From contig OZ024759.1 of the NCBI GenBank assembly GCA_964016885.1, forward strand, positions 33,976,001 through 34,040,000: DNA of 64,000 nucleotides, in the 5' to 3' direction. Shown in pieces: positions 60,703 through 64,000 of this stretch. The translations under genes and the position numbers were made by a program. The stretch's first letter is position 1, and each line of letters starts with the position of its first letter. The notes beneath the pieces are model-generated. The model ran no database searches and was not told the origin of the DNA. It worked only from the letters and a program-made list of their open reading frames with translations. This stretch comes from Eledone cirrhosa (lineage: Eukaryota).

Positions 60703-60703
60703 T

Positions 60704-60758
<55 letters not shown>

Positions 60759-60775
60759 TAGATACATATATATAT

Positions 60776-62410
60776 ATTAAACTCTGGGGGAAGACCCAAG
60801 AAGCAATAAGATGGTTTAATAGCATTAGCAATAAGAATAAATCTAAGTTTATCCAGTTTGATATCGATGAATATTACTCATCGATATCACCTGAAACTTT
60901 GAATAGAGCCATTAAGTTTGCTAAGGATAACTCCGACCTTACAAACGATGAAATTAAGATTATATTAGAAGCTAGGAAAACTATAGTCAAATTTGAGAAC
61001 AGTTATTGGGTACGTAAAGATAGACCCTCTAACTTTGACATAACAATGGGCTCTAACGATTCGGCGGAAATAACTGATATTGTGGGGTTATTTATCGCCT
61101 TTAGACTCCAGGAAAAATTCAGCAATCTCCACGGCGGAATATACCGCGACGATGTTCTCCTCCTAGCTAAAAACCTTAATAACCAAAAACTAGAAAAACT
61201 ACGCAAAGATATAAGAAAACTACTACTCGAAATAGGACTAACTATAACATATGAATACAACCTTAAAGTAGTTAACTTCCTGGATGTCACACTCAATTTA
61301 AACTCTGGTTTGATTAAACCGTTTCATAAATTGAATGAAAATCTCAAATACGTAAATGTTGGGTCTAACCACCCCATCTCTATAATTAAATCTATCCCTA
61401 AAAATATTTCCCTTAGAATCTCGGGTCTATCTTCTAACATACAAGTATTTAAGGAACACGCCGAGTACTACGATAACGCCCTTAGTAAAGCAGGCTACCT
61501 CAACAAAATAGAGTACATAGATGGGAACAATCAAAACACCCAAAATAAATCCCACATAGGTAGATATAATAACACAACACCAAACCACACTTACTACCAT
61601 AGTATGCACACCAGTAAACCAACAAACAAAACTAATAGAAAGCGATGCAAAGAGTACTTATGGTATAACCCCGAATACAATAGCTCCATTAGTACAAATT
61701 TACCAGTACTCTTCTTTAAAATAATTAAAAGACATTTTCCCACATCACACAAATACCACAAAATCCTAAACCCTACCACTATAAGACTGTCATACTCTAC
61801 AGCGTTAAACCTTGAACAACACATAAAAAAGATCAATACTAGAAGGTTAAACGAAAACACTAAGAACTTAAGTACAAAGAACCCCAAAAAAACAGTAGAC
61901 AATACACTACAGAACATAAATAAACCACACCTAAGTTCGTCCGCAATACTACTCCAGAGAAAACCCAACGTACACAACTGTAACTGCACCTATCCTGACA
62001 ACTGCCCCCTCGGCAATAACTGCCTGGAAAAAAATATTATTTATAAGTGTACCATTAAATCCGGAGGCAACGAGTGGTATTACGTGGGATCAACGGCAAC
62101 ATCGTTTAAATCTCGATTGTATAGGCATTCTTACTCAATAAAACACCAGAGCCAAAGAAATGTAACAACTTTAGCAGAGAAAGCTTGGACGCTCAGGGAT
62201 AGCAATCAAAAGTTTACCCTAAAATGGGAAAAATTAGCTAAAACCCAAAGCTTTTCCAGGAGCCAAAATTTCTGCAAATTGTGTAATCTTGAGATTTATT
62301 ACATAATCACACACAAGAAGAAACTGCTGAATAACAGAATTGAACGAACATTATTCTGCCGTCACAGAACTAAAACCCTTTTTTCCCACTACAAGCCGAA
62401 TATTACATAA
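60776..62410 (+). CDS. Penelope-like element polyprotein (5'-truncated reverse transcriptase + Cys-rich linker + C-terminal GIY-YIG endonuclease)
   Basis: Open frame of about 540 aa starting directly after a (TA)n tract. RT motifs [30 protein letters not shown] and VNFLDVTL; thumb [15 protein letters not shown]; linker [16 protein letters not shown]; GIY-YIG-like IIYKC...WYYVGST..FKSR...H, then C.LC..E...LNNR.E...CRH. The N-terminal 'IYIY' part of the listed ORF is only microsatellite. Confidence 0.93.
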   Translation: MKLWGKTQEAIRWFNSISNKNKSKFIQFDIDEYYSSISPETLNRAIKFAKDNSDLTNDEIKIILEARKTIVKFENSYWVRKDRPSNFDITMGSNDSAEITDIVGLFIAFRLQEKFSNLHGGIYRDDVLLLAKNLNNQKLEKLRKDIRKLLLEIGLTITYEYNLKVVNFLDVTLNLNSGLIKPFHKLNENLKYVNVGSNHPISIIKSIPKNISLRISGLSSNIQVFKEHAEYYDNALSKAGYLNKIEYIDGNNQNTQNKSHIGRYNNTTPNHTYYHSMHTSKPTNKTNRKRCKEYLWYNPEYNSSISTNLPVLFFKIIKRHFPTSHKYHKILNPTTIRLSYSTALNLEQHIKKINTRRLNENTKNLSTKNPKKTVDNTLQNINKPHLSSSAILLQRKPNVHNCNCTYPDNCPLGNNCLEKNIIYKCTIKSGGNEWYYVGSTATSFKSRLYRHSYSIKHQSQRNVTTLAEKAWTLRDSNQKFTLKWEKLAKTQSFSRSQNFCKLCNLEIYYIITHKKKLLNNRIERTLFCRHRTKTLFSHYKPNIT

Positions 62411-62590
62411 AAGAGGGACATCCCCCAACTATATAAACCTTAATCTAGTTAGAAAAATATAAAAACAATCTCTTTTCAACATATATTAATAACCTTAAAT
62501 TACCATACTAATAATGAAAAGATATGCTGATGAGAATAGGTACAAATATGCGATAATGAATGTGTCTAAAAAACGTCCATAAGTATGTAT
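60776..62590 (+). mobile_element. Penelope-like retroelement copy inserted in (TA)n, with 3' UTR/pseudo-LTR remnant
   Basis: PLE ORF followed by about 180 bp of unique 3' sequence containing CTGATGAG at about 62527, then TA/TG-rich repeats. The 3' boundary is approximate. Confidence 0.85.
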
Positions 62591-62680
62591 ATATATGTGA
62601 AAATGTATATAAATAAGTAAATATATATATATGTTTGATGTGTATAGTTAGATGTAAGTGTATTCATGTATTAAAGTGCT

Positions 62681-62729
<49 letters not shown>

Positions 62730-62730
62730 G

Positions 62731-62779
<49 letters not shown>

Positions 62780-63376
62780 ATATATGTATATGTATATATG
62801 TATGTATATATGTGTATGTATGTATGTGTATATGGATGTGTATGTATGTGTATGTGTGTACACATGGACTAGAGTATGTATGTATATATGTGTGTGTCTA
62901 TACGTGTGTATATATAAAGATAAGTTGAGTATGAAAATGTATACACATGAGCGCGTATGTATGTACATGAATACATGTGTGTATATATATGTGTATGCAT
63001 GTGTATATATATGTAAGTATGAATATGTGAATTGTGAGTATATGTATTTTGTAGAGGTGTGCAAATATATTTGTGTGTGAATGCGTGGGTGAAAGAATAC
63101 GTACACTTGAAAGAAAAATTTAAGTCTGAATGTTAAGTGCAAACACAAAACCAACCACGCATATCTTTACTATCTCTAATCCTTCTATAGATTTAGAAAA
63201 ATAACCAATAATATATTCTATAAAAAATGTCAAAACAACAGATGGGAATCTAATTAATCACTGCCACCAAGAATTCTCACTGCTATCGAAAAACCACTCC
63301 TTCAACTATTCTTCTAACAACTTCACCCCTTCCTCCTAATATTCTCTATAAAAACTAAATAGGTCCTCAGTAATAT

Positions 63377-63422
63377 TATTCTGATGAAATGACAGTAAAC
63401 AATAACATTGAAATATTGAATG
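63377..63422 (+). ncRNA. Decayed hammerhead-like motif, possibly the 3' end of a second PLE fragment
   Basis: TATT-CTGATGA-AATG-(14 nt)-CATT-GAA-ATAT-TG-AATG. Core and stem II are intact; the cleavage site and stem I register are imperfect. Confidence 0.45.
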
Positions 63423-63526
63423 TCTGCATAACTAAAAGTTTGTAGATAGCTGTTTTAGGTTATGTAACTGTTATAGAAACACGTGTCAATAAATTCCTTT
63501 CAACTAAACTGTATCCATTCAAATCT

Positions 63527-63726
<200 letters not shown>

Positions 63727-63727
63727 C

Positions 63728-63758
<31 letters not shown>

Positions 63759-63787
63759 CTATATATATATATATATATATATATGTA

Positions 63788-63888
<101 letters not shown>

Positions 63889-63917
63889 CTATATATATAT
63901 ATATATATATATATGTA

Positions 63918-63960
<43 letters not shown>

Positions 63961-64000
63961 CCGAATAAAATACGAAGTAAATGAAGAATCAATCAATGAA

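Overview
Eukaryotic, very AT-rich DNA saturated with microsatellites. The SINE families and (TA)n density suggest a mollusc, probably an octopus (inference). I found no host gene exon I can support, and almost all listed ORFs are translations of (TA)n/(CA)n/(GA)n/(ACT)n tracts. Real coding remnants are a 5'-truncated but stop-free Penelope-like element (PLE; reverse transcriptase plus C-terminal GIY-YIG endonuclease) at about 60.8-62.4 kb, the 3' end of an R4/Dong-type LINE inside (TAA)n, and a CR1-like 3' end. There are also many tRNA-derived SINE copies and several tandem repeats (97, 54 and 93 bp units). The most interesting signal is a set of short (150-550 bp) non-coding elements inserted in (TA)n tracts, from several families. 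Most are partial fold-back palindromes, and several carry hand-foldable type I hammerhead ribozymes (26729-26795, 34539-34609, 36238-36273, 36557-36622, 51486-51579, 54301-54393), including a U3-A8 core variant. They look like a (TA)n-targeted, ribozyme-bearing system of PLE-derived or retrozyme-like elements. All folds and alignments were done by eye and are untested.
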